Below are positions 1-10,646 of a stretch of DNA of 33,976 nt, one piece after another. The translations under genes were made by a program, and so were the position numbers. Below the pieces are notes generated by a model, which was not told the origin of the DNA, made no database searches, and was given only the letters and a program-made list of their open reading frames with translations. Every line of letters starts with the position of its first letter. The first letter of the stretch is position 1. The DNA is taken from the sequence record DRR723986_4163; one strand, given 5' to 3'.

Positions 1-396
1 GATAACCTTGATGCCGGTTTCCAGCAGGTCAGAAGACGCTGCAAGCTCTTCGTACTTCGGTGCAGCGCGGTGAATTTCCATGCGCTCTTTTTCACCGATG
101 GGACCACATTCGTCGATGGGGTTACCCAGTACGTCCATGATGCGACCGAGTGTTTCGGTGCCCACGGGTACTTTGATTTTTTCTTTGGTGTTGTCGACAT
201 CCAGTCCGCGACGCAGGCCTTCAGAAGAACCCAACGCGATCGCGCGAACCACGCCATCACCCAATTGCTGTTGTACTTCCAGCGTCAGGCCGCTGTCAGT
301 CACTTTCAGTGCATCATAAACCTGTGGCACAGAATCGCGCGGAAACTCCACGTCGATAACGGCGCCGATGACTTGTACGATACGTCCGCTACTCAT
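1..396 (-). CDS. atpD: F1 ATP synthase beta subunit, 5' part (runs off the window edge)
   Basis: Not in the ORF track. Manual translation from ATG at 396 gives [30 protein letters not shown]..., with an AGAGGA RBS upstream; follows atpG. Confidence 0.97.
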   Translation of the reverse strand, partial: MSSGRIVQVIGAVIDVEFPRDSVPQVYDALKVTDSGLTLEVQQQLGDGVVRAIALGSSEGLRRGLDVDNTKEKIKVPVGTETLGRIMDVLGNPIDECGPIGEKERMEIHRAAPKYEELAASSDLLETGIKVI

Positions 397-450
397 GTTA
401 GGTTCCTCTTAAAAACCTTAAAAATTTCAAAATCCGTTGCCGGTATCGTG

Positions 451-1317
451 TTATGACGATACCGCTGCAGCACCGCCAACAATCTCTGACAGCTCTTGCG
501 TAATGGCTGCCTGACGGGCTTTGTTGTATACCAGTTGCAGACCGTCGATGATTTCGCCAGCGTTGTCGGTAGCGCTCTTCATCGCGATCATCCGGGCAGC
601 TTGTTCACATGCTCCGTTTTCAACCACTGTTTGGTATACCTGTGACTCAACGTAGCGAGTCAGCAGACCTTCCAGCAGTTCTTCTGGAGTGGGCTCGTAA
701 ATGTAGTCCCAGTGATGTTTCAAGCTGTCGTCTTGTTCTGCTTCCAGTGGCAGCAGTTGGCGAACAAACGGCGTTTGAGTCATGGTGTTGATAAACTCAT
801 TGCCCACCAGGTAAAGACGATCAATCCGGCCTTCGCTATAGGCGTCCAGCATGGTTTTAACAGAGCCGATCAGGTCGCTAACGCTGGGCGCTTCGCCCAT
901 GTCGCGCACTGATGCAACAATGTTGCCGCCAAAGCTGTTGAAGAAGCCCGCTGCTTTGCCACCAATCAGGCAAAGATCAACGTCGACGTTTTTGTTTGAC
1001 CAGCTTTGCATTTCTTTAATAGCTTGCTTGAACAGGTTGGTGTTCAGGCCGCCACACAGACCGCGGTCTGTAGAAACGATAACAAAGCCAACGCGCTTAA
1101 CGTCGCGCTCTTCCATATATTGATGACGGTATTCCGGATTTGCATTGGCGATATGCCCAACCACTGCGCGCATACGCTGCGCGTAGGGCTTACCCACTTC
1201 CATGCGATCTTGAGCTTTACGCATTTTACTCGCCGCAACCATTTCCATGGCGCTAGTGATTTTTTGCGTGCTCTTGATGCTGGAGATCTGGGTGCGTATT
1301 TCTTTTGCACCTGCCAT
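451..1317 (-). CDS. atpG: F1 ATP synthase gamma subunit
   Basis: [32 protein letters not shown]-terminus, DRGLCGGLN motif, [17 protein letters not shown]-terminus. Confidence 0.98.
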   Translation of the reverse strand: MAGAKEIRTQISSIKSTQKITSAMEMVAASKMRKAQDRMEVGKPYAQRMRAVVGHIANANPEYRHQYMEERDVKRVGFVIVSTDRGLCGGLNTNLFKQAIKEMQSWSNKNVDVDLCLIGGKAAGFFNSFGGNIVASVRDMGEAPSVSDLIGSVKTMLDAYSEGRIDRLYLVGNEFINTMTQTPFVRQLLPLEAEQDDSLKHHWDYIYEPTPEELLEGLLTRYVESQVYQTVVENGACEQAARMIAMKSATDNAGEIIDGLQLVYNKARQAAITQELSEIVGGAAAVSS

Positions 1318-1337
1318 GATTAAAAATCCTCAAGCAG

Positions 1338-1363
1338 TAAAGCGCTCCCGGGAGAGCGCTTTA
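1338..1363. other. Intergenic stem-loop between atpA and atpG
   Basis: TAAAGCGCTC-ccggga-GAGCGCTTTA, a perfect 10-bp inverted repeat. Confidence 0.7.
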
Positions 1364-1369
1364 TCCGTC

Positions 1370-2914
1370 TTACCAAGTCTGTGTTGACTTGAACTTTTCG
1401 ACCAGTTCTTTGAACTTGCCTTCCAGCTCGTCATTCCAGCTGCCGGTGTCGTTGATCTGCTTCATCACGTCGCCGTATTCAGCGTGTGCGTAAGCCAGGA
1501 TCGCCGCTTCGAAGTCCAGTACCTTGCTAACATCAACGTCTTTCAGGTGACCTTCGTTCGCGCAGTACAGTGACAGAGCCATGTCGGCAATGCTCATTGG
1601 GCTGTATTGCTTCTGCTTCATCAGCTCGGTTACGCGCTCACCTTGCTCAAGCTGAGCTTTGGTTGCGTCGTCGAGGTCAGAAGCAAACTGGGAGAAGGCC
1701 GCCAGTTCGCGGTACTGAGCCAGTGCGGTACGAATACCACCGGACAGTTTCTTGATTACTTTTGTCTGCGCTGCACCACCAACACGCGATACCGAGATAC
1801 CGGCGTTCATTGACGGACGAATACCGGCGTTGAACATGTCGGTTTCGAGGAAGATCTGACCGTCGGTGATCGAGATTACGTTGGTCGGTACGAAGGCAGA
1901 AACGTCACCAGCCTGGGTTTCGATAACAGGCAGTGCGGTCAATGAACCGGTTTTGCCTTTTACTTCACCGTTGGTGAATTTTTCTACGTACTCTTCAGAA
2001 ACTCGTGCAGCACGCTCCAACAGACGCGAGTGGAGGTAGAATACGTCACCGGGGTAGGCTTCACGGCCTGGCGGACGACGCAGCAGCAGCGAGATTTGGC
2101 GGTAAGCCCAAGCTTGCTTGGTCAGGTCATCGTAGATGATCAGCGCGTCTTCACCGCGGTCGCGGTAGTATTCGCCGATAGTACAGCCGGTGAACGGTGC
2201 GATGAACTGCATAGAAGCAGGATCAGACGCGGTCGCGGCTACGACAACGGTGTGGTCCATTGCGCCGTGTTCTTCCAGTTTGCGCACAACGGCGGCAATA
2301 GAAGAGGCCTTCTGGCCAACAGCGACGTAGACACACTTAATGCCTGAGTCTTTCTGGTTGATGATGGCGTCAACAGCGATGGCTGTTTTACCGATCTGGC
2401 GGTCACCGATGATCAGCTCACGCTGGCCACGGCCGATGGGTACCATGGAGTCAACGGCTTTCAGACCGATTTGCACGGGCTGGTCAACCGACTTACGCCA
2501 GATTACACCGGGAGCAACTTTTTCAACTGCGTCGGTGAGTTTGGCGTCGATGGGACCTTTACCGTCGATGGGGTTACCCAGTGCGTCGATAACGCGACCC
2601 TGAAGTTCGGGGCCTACGGGTACTTCCAGGATACGGCCGGTACATTTACAAGTTTGGCCTTCGGCGATGTCAAAGTAGTCACCCAGGACTACCGCGCCGA
2701 CTGAATCGCGCTCGAGGTTAAGTGCCATACCGAAATGGCCACCTTCGAATTCGATCATTTCACCGTACATCACATCGGTCAGGCCGTGGATACGTACGAT
2801 ACCGTCTGATACCGAGACGATAGTGCCCTCGTTTTGGGCTTCAGCGGTCACATCTAATTTTTCGATGCGCTGCTTGATAATATCGCTAATCTCGGAGGGG
2901 TTCAGTTGCTGCAT
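1370..2914 (-). CDS. atpA: F1 ATP synthase alpha subunit
   Basis: GDRQIGKT Walker [38 protein letters not shown]; 514 aa. Confidence 0.99.
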   Translation of the reverse strand: MQQLNPSEISDIIKQRIEKLDVTAEAQNEGTIVSVSDGIVRIHGLTDVMYGEMIEFEGGHFGMALNLERDSVGAVVLGDYFDIAEGQTCKCTGRILEVPVGPELQGRVIDALGNPIDGKGPIDAKLTDAVEKVAPGVIWRKSVDQPVQIGLKAVDSMVPIGRGQRELIIGDRQIGKTAIAVDAIINQKDSGIKCVYVAVGQKASSIAAVVRKLEEHGAMDHTVVVAATASDPASMQFIAPFTGCTIGEYYRDRGEDALIIYDDLTKQAWAYRQISLLLRRPPGREAYPGDVFYLHSRLLERAARVSEEYVEKFTNGEVKGKTGSLTALPVIETQAGDVSAFVPTNVISITDGQIFLETDMFNAGIRPSMNAGISVSRVGGAAQTKVIKKLSGGIRTALAQYRELAAFSQFASDLDDATKAQLEQGERVTELMKQKQYSPMSIADMALSLYCANEGHLKDVDVSKVLDFEAAILAYAHAEYGDVMKQINDTGSWNDELEGKFKELVEKFKSTQTW

Positions 2915-2946
2915 GCTCTGTTCCTCAATCCTATTCTCTTAAACGC

Positions 2947-3483
2947 TCAGGAATTTACTGCTTCAGCGAGTTTCGCTAAGCGACCGCGCACCGAGCCATC
3001 TATAACCAGGTCGCCGGTGCGAACCACAACGCCGCCCAACAGGCTGCGATCTTCGTGGCTGCTTACCTTCACCTGGCGTTGCAGTTTTTTGCTCAAAACG
3101 TCGGCAAGACGTTGCTCGGATTCTGAGTCCAGCGCGAAGGCTGTCGTCAGCTCGACGTCCACGGATTTCTCCTGGACGGCTTTGTGCGCGTCAAACAATT
3201 CGCTGATTAACGGCAGTAATGCCAAGCGCTTGTTTTCTGCGAGAATCCTGATGAAATTTTCACCGCCGGCATTGAGTGCATCGCCGCAGACGTCGATAAA
3301 TTTCTGCGCTTGCTGCTCGCTGGTGATGGCCGGAGAAGACAGCAGCTTGGCTACCGCTTCCTGGCTGGCGACAGCGGCTGCCGTTGCCAGCATTTGTGAC
3401 CACTCACCTAATGCCGAAGAAGCCAGGGCGTGCTCGAAAGCCGCCTTGGCGTAGGGTCTAGCCATTGTGCTCAATTCAGCCAT
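2947..3483 (-). CDS. atpH: F1 ATP synthase delta subunit
   Basis: [17 protein letters not shown]-terminus, [23 protein letters not shown]-terminus; operon position. Confidence 0.97.
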   Translation of the reverse strand: MAELSTMARPYAKAAFEHALASSALGEWSQMLATAAAVASQEAVAKLLSSPAITSEQQAQKFIDVCGDALNAGGENFIRILAENKRLALLPLISELFDAHKAVQEKSVDVELTTAFALDSESEQRLADVLSKKLQRQVKVSSHEDRSLLGGVVVRTGDLVIDGSVRGRLAKLAEAVNS

Positions 3484-3494
3484 GTCAACCTCGC

Positions 3495-3965
3495 TTACAG
3501 GCCTGCGGCCAGCTTGTCGACCATGTCTTTATGAACAGACTCATCGATAGACGCTTCCAGTACTTTTTCAGCACCTGCCAATGCCAGTTTAGCCACCTGT
3601 GAACGCAGTGCTTCTTTCGCACGGTTCATTTCCTGCTCTACTTCGGCTTGGGCTGCTGCTTTCAGGCGATCGCCTTCAGTACGTGCAGACTCTTTCGCTT
3701 CATCAATAATTTGATTGGCGCGCTTGTTGGCAGCATCAATGATGGAAGCCGCTTCCGCTTTGGCTTCGCGAAGCTGCTTGGCAGCTTTTTCCTGAGCAAG
3801 CTCAAGATCGCGACCCGCGCGGTCTGCGGCATCAAGACCGTCAGCAATCTGCTTTTCACGCTCTTCCATTGCCTTGCGGATAGCGCCCCACACAAATGCG
3901 TGGCAGAACCATACGAAGAACAGGAAGGTGATCGATTGTCCAATCAGTGTGAGATTAATATTCAC
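3495..3965 (-). CDS. atpF: Fo ATP synthase subunit b
   Basis: GTG start; [14 protein letters not shown] single TM helix followed by a charged coiled coil; 156 aa. Confidence 0.97.
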   Translation of the reverse strand: MNINLTLIGQSITFLFFVWFCHAFVWGAIRKAMEEREKQIADGLDAADRAGRDLELAQEKAAKQLREAKAEAASIIDAANKRANQIIDEAKESARTEGDRLKAAAQAEVEQEMNRAKEALRSQVAKLALAGAEKVLEASIDESVHKDMVDKLAAGL

Positions 3966-4021
3966 GCCGATACCTCTGCTATATCAAGTTGCTGAACGTG
4001 TCGTATTCCGAATGCGTGCAA

Positions 4022-4294
<273 letters not shown>

Positions 4295-4316
4295 TTAGTT
4301 AGTTAAAGCAAATACC

Positions 4317-5258
<942 letters not shown>

Positions 5259-5290
5259 TCACTCTCATTGCAAAACTTAGAAACTGTTTT

Positions 5291-5701
5291 TTACCTTGCG
5301 CCGGGGTTTCTCAACACGGCCACCAGCAAGGTGTTTAAAAGCATACCCACCAGGTATGCCGAAAATACGGCGACGGCAGAGAGGGGTCTGACCATTGCGA
5401 ACGTGGCGGCAAACAGCCCAACCGTCGCAATAAATTTGCCCGCTTCTGCCCGGTAGAATGATTGATTTACCTCGCGCGCGTATGCCGCGCCGGCGTACTT
5501 AAAAACCTGGCGCGCAAAATAGGCATTGGGTAAAACGGAAATCAGCCCACCGATTAACAAGGATTTTGCTACCACCCCGTTAATTGAATATGTAAACCCG
5601 CTTGCGACAAGCAGCACGATGCATTGCAGGCCATAAATTTTTAGCAGTGGGGGTTTGACGGTGGCTAGCGCAGTTTTCTGCTGCCGCTGTGTTGCTGTCA
5701 T
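5291..5701 (-). CDS. atpI: ATP synthase protein I; start uncertain (ATG 5701 or 5725)
   Basis: Four hydrophobic segments, GGLISVLPNAYFA and FYRAEAGKF motifs; first gene of the atp operon. Confidence 0.88.
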   Translation of the reverse strand: MTATQRQQKTALATVKPPLLKIYGLQCIVLLVASGFTYSINGVVAKSLLIGGLISVLPNAYFARQVFKYAGAAYAREVNQSFYRAEAGKFIATVGLFAATFAMVRPLSAVAVFSAYLVGMLLNTLLVAVLRNPGAR

Positions 5702-5757
5702 TGCCCTGTTTACCTGCCGCTGCAACGCATTTTTCGCTTGTCCAAAAAGCGGGGCGA

Positions 5758-5786
5758 ATTATAGGTGGTCATTGGCTAAGGATCAA
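5758..5786 (-). promoter_or_regulatory. Sigma70 promoter of the atp operon
   Basis: Minus strand TTGATC (5786-5781), 17 bp spacer, TATAAT (5763-5758), then GC-rich TCGCCCCGC. Confidence 0.8.
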
Positions 5787-5821
5787 CCGATTTACCATTT
5801 ATGCGACCAAAGTCTGCAATA

Positions 5822-5873
5822 AGCACAATTCGCAATTCGTTAACAATATCAGGAATTTAGCAGCACAATTCGC
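5822..5873. repeat. 12-bp direct repeat AGCACAATTCGC x2 upstream of the atp promoter
   Basis: Copies at 5822-5833 and 5862-5873 (40 bp period), plus a partial CAATTCG at 5833-5839. Confidence 0.65.
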
Positions 5874-5934
5874 GGGGTTATTTTACCTGGCTACCAGATG
5901 GGGTAGCACCGCTACATTGTTGCCACCAAATAAG

Positions 5935-6855
5935 CTATTTCATATGGCTGAGAATTCCGTCCAATTCGTCCAGGCTGCTGTATTTTATGGTGAGTTTTCC
6001 GCGGCCTTTGGCGCCGTGCTGAATTTGCACAGGGGAGCCGAGTTTTTCGGACAGACTGTCTTGTAATTGTTTGATGTCGGGGTCGATGCGCGGGCTGGAT
6101 TTGGCGGGGCTTTTGGCCTCGTCAACCAAGCGTCGCACCAGGGCTTCGGTCTGGCGCACCGATAAACCGCGGCTGACGACGGTAGCGGCGGCGCTGCTCT
6201 GCTGCTCGGCGGGCAGGCCCAGCAGGGCGCGACCGTGGCCCATTTCAATATCGCCATTTTCCAGCAGGGTTTGCACGTCGTCGCGCAGCCCGGTAAGGCG
6301 CAGCAGGTTGGTGATGGTGGTGCGCGATTTGCCCACAAGGCCGGCAATTTCGGCGTGGGTGAGTTCAAATTCTTGTTGCAGGCGAACCAGTGCCAAGGCC
6401 TCTTCCATGGGGTTGAGGTCTTCACGCTGCAGGTTTTCGATGAGTGCCATCGCCGCCGCGGCTTCGTCGGGCACTTCGCGAATCAGCGCGGGTACGGACT
6501 CTAAACCGGCCAACTGGCTGGCGCGCCACCGGCGCTCACCGGCGATAATTTCATAGCGGTTGTCGGCGATGGGGCGCACAACAATCGGCTGCATAATGCC
6601 CTGGGAGCGGATGGACTCGGCTAGTTCTTCCAGGCCTTCGGCAGGCATTTCCCGGCGCGGTTGGTATTTGCCGCGCTGCAGGTATTCGATGGGCAGGTTT
6701 TTCAATTCGCCATCCACGGCGGCGTCGCTCACTGCCGCTGAGGTTGTCGCGCTGGCTGGCTCCACACTTGTCGCGGTATCGGCGATCGCTACCGGTTCTG
6801 CGGAGGCGCCCAGCAGGGCGTCCAGGCCTCGTCCTAAACCTCGTTTCTTAGCCAT
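5935..6855 (-). CDS. parB: Chromosome partitioning protein ParB
   Basis: Likely start MAKKRGLGRGLDALL at ATG 6855, overlapping the parA stop; GERRWRA motif, ENLQREDLNPMEEA, HTH region. Confidence 0.96.
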   Translation of the reverse strand: MAKKRGLGRGLDALLGASAEPVAIADTATSVEPASATTSAAVSDAAVDGELKNLPIEYLQRGKYQPRREMPAEGLEELAESIRSQGIMQPIVVRPIADNRYEIIAGERRWRASQLAGLESVPALIREVPDEAAAAMALIENLQREDLNPMEEALALVRLQQEFELTHAEIAGLVGKSRTTITNLLRLTGLRDDVQTLLENGDIEMGHGRALLGLPAEQQSSAAATVVSRGLSVRQTEALVRRLVDEAKSPAKSSPRIDPDIKQLQDSLSEKLGSPVQIQHGAKGRGKLTIKYSSLDELDGILSHMK

Positions 6856-7672
6856 TGATGTGTTCAACCTGTTGTTCGTTCTGGCCGCCTTTGGCGGGCG
6901 CTTCAGTGGATGTTGCGCGACGCAAAATTTCCCCGGCCAAGGCCAGGTAGGCCAGAGCCCCTTTGGATTGTTTGTCGTAGTACAGCACCGGCAGGCCGTG
7001 GCTGGGCGCCTCGGCCAGGCGCACATTGCGCGGGATGACAGTGCTGTAGAGTTTATCGCCAAAGTGGTGGCGCAGTTCGTCGGTGACCTGATTGGTCAGG
7101 CTGTTACGGCCGTCGAACATGGTGCGAAGTATTCCCTCAATCCGCAGCTGCGGGTTTATCAGCTGAGTCACGCGGCTGATGGTATTGAGCAGCGCACTCA
7201 AGCCCTCCAGGGCATAGTATTCACACTGCATGGGAATGATCACGCCATCGGCAGCCGCCAGTGCGTTAACGGTAAGCATATTGAGCGACGGCGGGCAGTC
7301 GATCAGCACGTAGTCGTAGTCGTCGGCGATATCGCCAAGCGCTTCACGCAAGCGGAATTCGCGACCGATCTCATTGATCAGCTCGACCTCTGCCGCGGTG
7401 AGATCCTGGTTGGCAGGCAGTACATCAAAGCCACTTTCAGGCGCCACAGTGCGGGTATCTGCAATGGCGCGCTGGGCGACCAATACGTCGTACACCGTGT
7501 GCTCCGCCGCGTTTTTATCCACCCCGCAACCCATGGTGGCATTGCCTTGCGGGTCGAGGTCGATAAGCAGCACGCGGCGTTTTGTCGCCGCCAGAGACGC
7601 AGCCAGGTTAACACTGGTGGTGGTTTTCCCCACGCCGCCTTTCTGGTTGGTGATCGCGAATATGGTGGCCAC
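6848..7672 (-). CDS. parA: Chromosome partitioning ATPase ParA/Soj
   Basis: Deviant Walker A NQKGGVGKTT, DLDPQGNAT, IDCPPSL, IPRNVRLAEAPS; GTG start at 7672 preceded by AGGGA. Confidence 0.96.
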   Translation of the reverse strand: MATIFAITNQKGGVGKTTTSVNLAASLAATKRRVLLIDLDPQGNATMGCGVDKNAAEHTVYDVLVAQRAIADTRTVAPESGFDVLPANQDLTAAEVELINEIGREFRLREALGDIADDYDYVLIDCPPSLNMLTVNALAAADGVIIPMQCEYYALEGLSALLNTISRVTQLINPQLRIEGILRTMFDGRNSLTNQVTDELRHHFGDKLYSTVIPRNVRLAEAPSHGLPVLYYDKQSKGALAYLALAGEILRRATSTEAPAKGGQNEQQVEHING

Positions 7673-7682
7673 GGCCCGGTCC

Positions 7683-8339
7683 CTATTGATCGCTCGCAGA
7701 ATGTTCACCGCTGTGCTGGGAGGCGATCACCATCAAGTGGCGGGCCTCGTCGACACCGGGAACGAAAAGAGTATGACAGGCTTCGACGATAAAGTGTTTT
7801 GGCAACTGACTCAACTCTTGCTCGGGGTATTGCCCCTTCATGGCATAGAGTTTTCCCTGCGGGGCGAGTAAGTGCTCACAACCGCCAGCCATGTCGGCCA
7901 GCGAGGCAAATGCCCGCGAGGTAATGCCGTCAAATCCCTGTTCATCGCGCAGGGATTCTACGCGGCAACAGTGCACCTGCACATTGTCGAGGCCGAGTTG
8001 TAATTTGGCCTCGATCAAAAACCGCGTTTTCTTGCCGTTGCTGTCGAGCAGTTCAAACTGGCGCTCGGGGAACAGTATTGCCAGCGGAATGCCCGGCAGC
8101 CCGGGGCCGGTACCCACATCGAGAATGCGCTGGCCATCGACCAGATTGGCAACACTCAGGCTATCCAGCAAGTGGCGGCTGACCATTTGCATGGGGTCGC
8201 GCACCGCCGTGAGGTTGTAGGCGCGGTTCCACTTCACCAGCAAGGCGAGGTAGTTGAGCAGTGCGTCGATATTGGCGTCGGTAAGCGAGAGCCCGAGTTT
8301 TTGGACACCCCGCGTTAGAAATTGGCGTTCGTCATTCAC
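7683..8339 (-). CDS. rsmG: 16S rRNA m7G527 methyltransferase
   Basis: KWNRAYNLTA, HLLDSL, DVGTGPGLPG SAM-binding motif, SRAF; lies between mnmG and parA. Confidence 0.97.
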   Translation of the reverse strand: MNDERQFLTRGVQKLGLSLTDANIDALLNYLALLVKWNRAYNLTAVRDPMQMVSRHLLDSLSVANLVDGQRILDVGTGPGLPGIPLAILFPERQFELLDSNGKKTRFLIEAKLQLGLDNVQVHCCRVESLRDEQGFDGITSRAFASLADMAGGCEHLLAPQGKLYAMKGQYPEQELSQLPKHFIVEACHTLFVPGVDEARHLMVIASQHSGEHSASDQ

Positions 8340-8340
8340 C

Positions 8341-10230
8341 TCAGGCGGACTTCCTTTCCAGCAGACCGCGCTTTTTCAGCGTAATCAGTAACAGCGATAC
8401 CGCGGCCGGGGTCACGCCGGGAATCCGCGAGGCTTGGGCGAGGGTTTGCGGTCGCGCGTCACCCAGTTTTTGTTTGATCTCGTTGCTCAGGCCTTCGATC
8501 ACGCTGTAGTCAAAGTCCAGTGGCAACGGCGTTTCTTCATGGCGACGCAGGCGCTCGATTTCGTCTTTCTGGCGCTCGATGTAGCCCGCGTATTTCACGC
8601 CAATTTCAATCTGCTCGGCGACATCGTCCACCACTGCTTCGCCATCTTGCACCATATCCGCCAAGTCGGCATAGCCCAGCTCCGGGCGTTTTAGCAGGTC
8701 GAGCAGATTGTATTCGTGACTGATCGGTTTGCTGAACTTGGCCGCCAATTGCTCGGCTTGCGGGGTATTCGGTTGAATCCACGTGCTGGCCATACGCTGG
8801 CGCTGGCGCTCAATGGCTTCGCGCTTTTCGCAGAACGCGGCCCAGCGCGCATCGTCGACCAAGCCCAGTTCACGGCCCTTTTCGGTGAGCCGCTGGTCGG
8901 CATTGTCTTCGCGCAGCAGCAGGCGATATTCCGCACGCGAGGTAAACATGCGGTAAGGCTCTTTGGTGCCCATGGTAATCAGGTCGTCAACCAGCACACC
9001 GATGTAGGCTTCGTCGCGACGCGGACACCACGACTCTTTGCCCTGCGCCAGCAAGGCGGCGTTGGCACCGGCCAACAAGCCCTGGGCAGCGGCTTCTTCG
9101 TAACCGGTGGTGCCGTTGATCTGACCCGCAAAAAATAAACCGGCAATGAATTTGGTTTCCAGCGAGTTCTTCAGGTCACGCGGCTCGAAGAAGTCGTACT
9201 CAATGGCGTAGCCGGGGCGTGTCATATTGGCATTTTCAAAGCCCTTGATCGAGCGAACCAACGCCAACTGAATATCAAACGGTAGGCTGGTGGAAATGCC
9301 ATTGGGGTATAGCTCGTGTGTTTTCAGGCCCTCGGGCTCGATGAACACCTGGTGAGAGTTTTTATCGGCAAAGCGATGGACTTTGTCTTCGATCGACGGG
9401 CAGTAGCGGGGGCCGATTCCCTCGATTACGCCGGTGTACATGGGCGAGCGGTCTAAACCACTGCGAATAATCTCATGGCTGCGCTCGTTGGTGTGGGTAA
9501 TCCAGCAGCAGACTTGCTCGGGGTGCATGCTTCGGTCACCCAGATACGACATTACCGGGCGGGGTTCATCGCCCCACTGTTGCTCCAGGCCAGCAAAGTT
9601 GACGGTTTTTGCGTCAATGCGCGGCGGCGTGCCGGTTTTCAAGCGATCTACCCGGAAGGGCAGTTCGCGAAGGCGGTGCGCAAGTGCAATGGAGGGTTGG
9701 TCGCCGGCGCGACCACCGCTGTGATTATCCAGACCGATGTGGATTTTTCCGCCGAGGAAGGTGCCCGCCGTCAGGACAACGCTGCTGGCATAGAATTTCA
9801 GGCCGATATTTGTCACGACGCCGCGAACACAGTCGCCTTCGACGATCAGGTCGTCTACGGCCTGCTGAAAAATGGCGAGGTTTGCCTGGTTTTCCAGTAT
9901 TTCTCGCACCGCGGCTTTGTAGAGCACGCGGTCAGCTTGTGCGCGGGTTGCCCGCACCGCGGGCCCTTTGCGGGCGTTAAGCACGCGAAATTGAATACCA
10001 CCGCGATCTGTCGCCAGGCCCATGGCGCCGCCGAGTGCATCCACTTCTTTGACAAGGTGGCTCTTACCAATGCCACCAATGGCGGGATTGCAGGACATTT
10101 GCCCCAGCGTCTCGATGTTGTGGGTAAGCAAAAGGGTTTGGCTACCCATACGGGCAGCGGCCAAGGCGGCTTCCGTACCGGCATGGCCACCACCGATAAC
10201 AATGACATCGAATCGCTGCGGATAGTCCAC
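8341..10230 (-). CDS. mnmG: tRNA uridine 5-carboxymethylaminomethyl modification enzyme MnmG (GidA)
   Basis: [15 protein letters not shown] motif, [36 protein letters not shown]; 629 aa. Confidence 0.99.
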   Translation of the reverse strand: MDYPQRFDVIVIGGGHAGTEAALAAARMGSQTLLLTHNIETLGQMSCNPAIGGIGKSHLVKEVDALGGAMGLATDRGGIQFRVLNARKGPAVRATRAQADRVLYKAAVREILENQANLAIFQQAVDDLIVEGDCVRGVVTNIGLKFYASSVVLTAGTFLGGKIHIGLDNHSGGRAGDQPSIALAHRLRELPFRVDRLKTGTPPRIDAKTVNFAGLEQQWGDEPRPVMSYLGDRSMHPEQVCCWITHTNERSHEIIRSGLDRSPMYTGVIEGIGPRYCPSIEDKVHRFADKNSHQVFIEPEGLKTHELYPNGISTSLPFDIQLALVRSIKGFENANMTRPGYAIEYDFFEPRDLKNSLETKFIAGLFFAGQINGTTGYEEAAAQGLLAGANAALLAQGKESWCPRRDEAYIGVLVDDLITMGTKEPYRMFTSRAEYRLLLREDNADQRLTEKGRELGLVDDARWAAFCEKREAIERQRQRMASTWIQPNTPQAEQLAAKFSKPISHEYNLLDLLKRPELGYADLADMVQDGEAVVDDVAEQIEIGVKYAGYIERQKDEIERLRRHEETPLPLDFDYSVIEGLSNEIKQKLGDARPQTLAQASRIPGVTPAAVSLLLITLKKRGLLERKSA

Positions 10231-10265
10231 AAAACACCTGAATGAGTAATTTTACTGGGGGCGAA

Positions 10266-10293
10266 ATTATACGGGGTTCTGGATGCGCTGCAA
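10266..10293 (-). promoter_or_regulatory. Sigma70 promoter of mnmG-rsmG-parAB
   Basis: TTGCAG (10293-10288), 16 bp spacer, TATAAT (10271-10266), then TTCGCCCCC. Confidence 0.7.
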
Positions 10294-10299
10294 TGAATT

Positions 10300-10630
10300 G
10301 GTGAATTTTTAATCAATTCTTTTTTTGTGTTTAAAGAATAAGATTTTATGAATATATATGTTGATAGTTTTATGTTTTTTTATTCTTGATACTGATGTTA
10401 AGGAACCGCTTTTCTGTGAGTAAGGTATCTAAGCCATTGTATTTAAATATTTTTCTTGATGTATAACTACCGTTTTTATCCACAGATATCCTGTCATCTT
10501 GGTGTGAGCGGTTTGGGGATGAAATGTGGATAAATCGGCGCGTGTCGGGGGCTTGTGAGTAAGTGCCGCCTTATCGACGGGTTTTTCACAGGCTCAGACG
10601 TGTCTATCCCGATCTTATCCTTGGGATAAA
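10300..10630. other. oriC-like element 1 (mnmG-proximal): AT-rich tract plus DnaA boxes
   Basis: Very AT-rich ~10305-10400. TTATCCACA 10476-10484, TGTGGATAA 10525-10533, TTTTTCACA 10582-10590, one-mismatch TGTGAGTAA 10415-10423 and 10554-10562, and TTATCC-ttg-GGATAA 10615-10629. Confidence 0.8.
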
Positions 10631-10646
10631 TAGTAGAAAAATGGGC

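Noticed and set aside
70-456. 128-aa plus-strand ORF
   Set aside because: Antisense shadow of atpD, which the ORF track missed because it is truncated by the window edge.
6856-7062. N-terminal extension of ParB in the ORF track
   Set aside because: It overlaps parA in another frame; the conserved ParB N-terminus begins at ATG 6855.
6560-7792. 410-aa plus-strand ORF
   Set aside because: Entirely antisense to parB/parA/rsmG, with no recognisable motifs; a typical shadow frame of GC-biased genes.
9475-10316. 256-aa (+) and 153-aa (-) ORFs over mnmG
   Set aside because: Antisense or alternative frames of a highly conserved gene; no motif support.
10231-10646. Dam/SeqA-type origin control
   Set aside because: I see only one GATC here (10611) and about three in the rpmH-dnaA spacer; no E. 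coli-like GATC enrichment.
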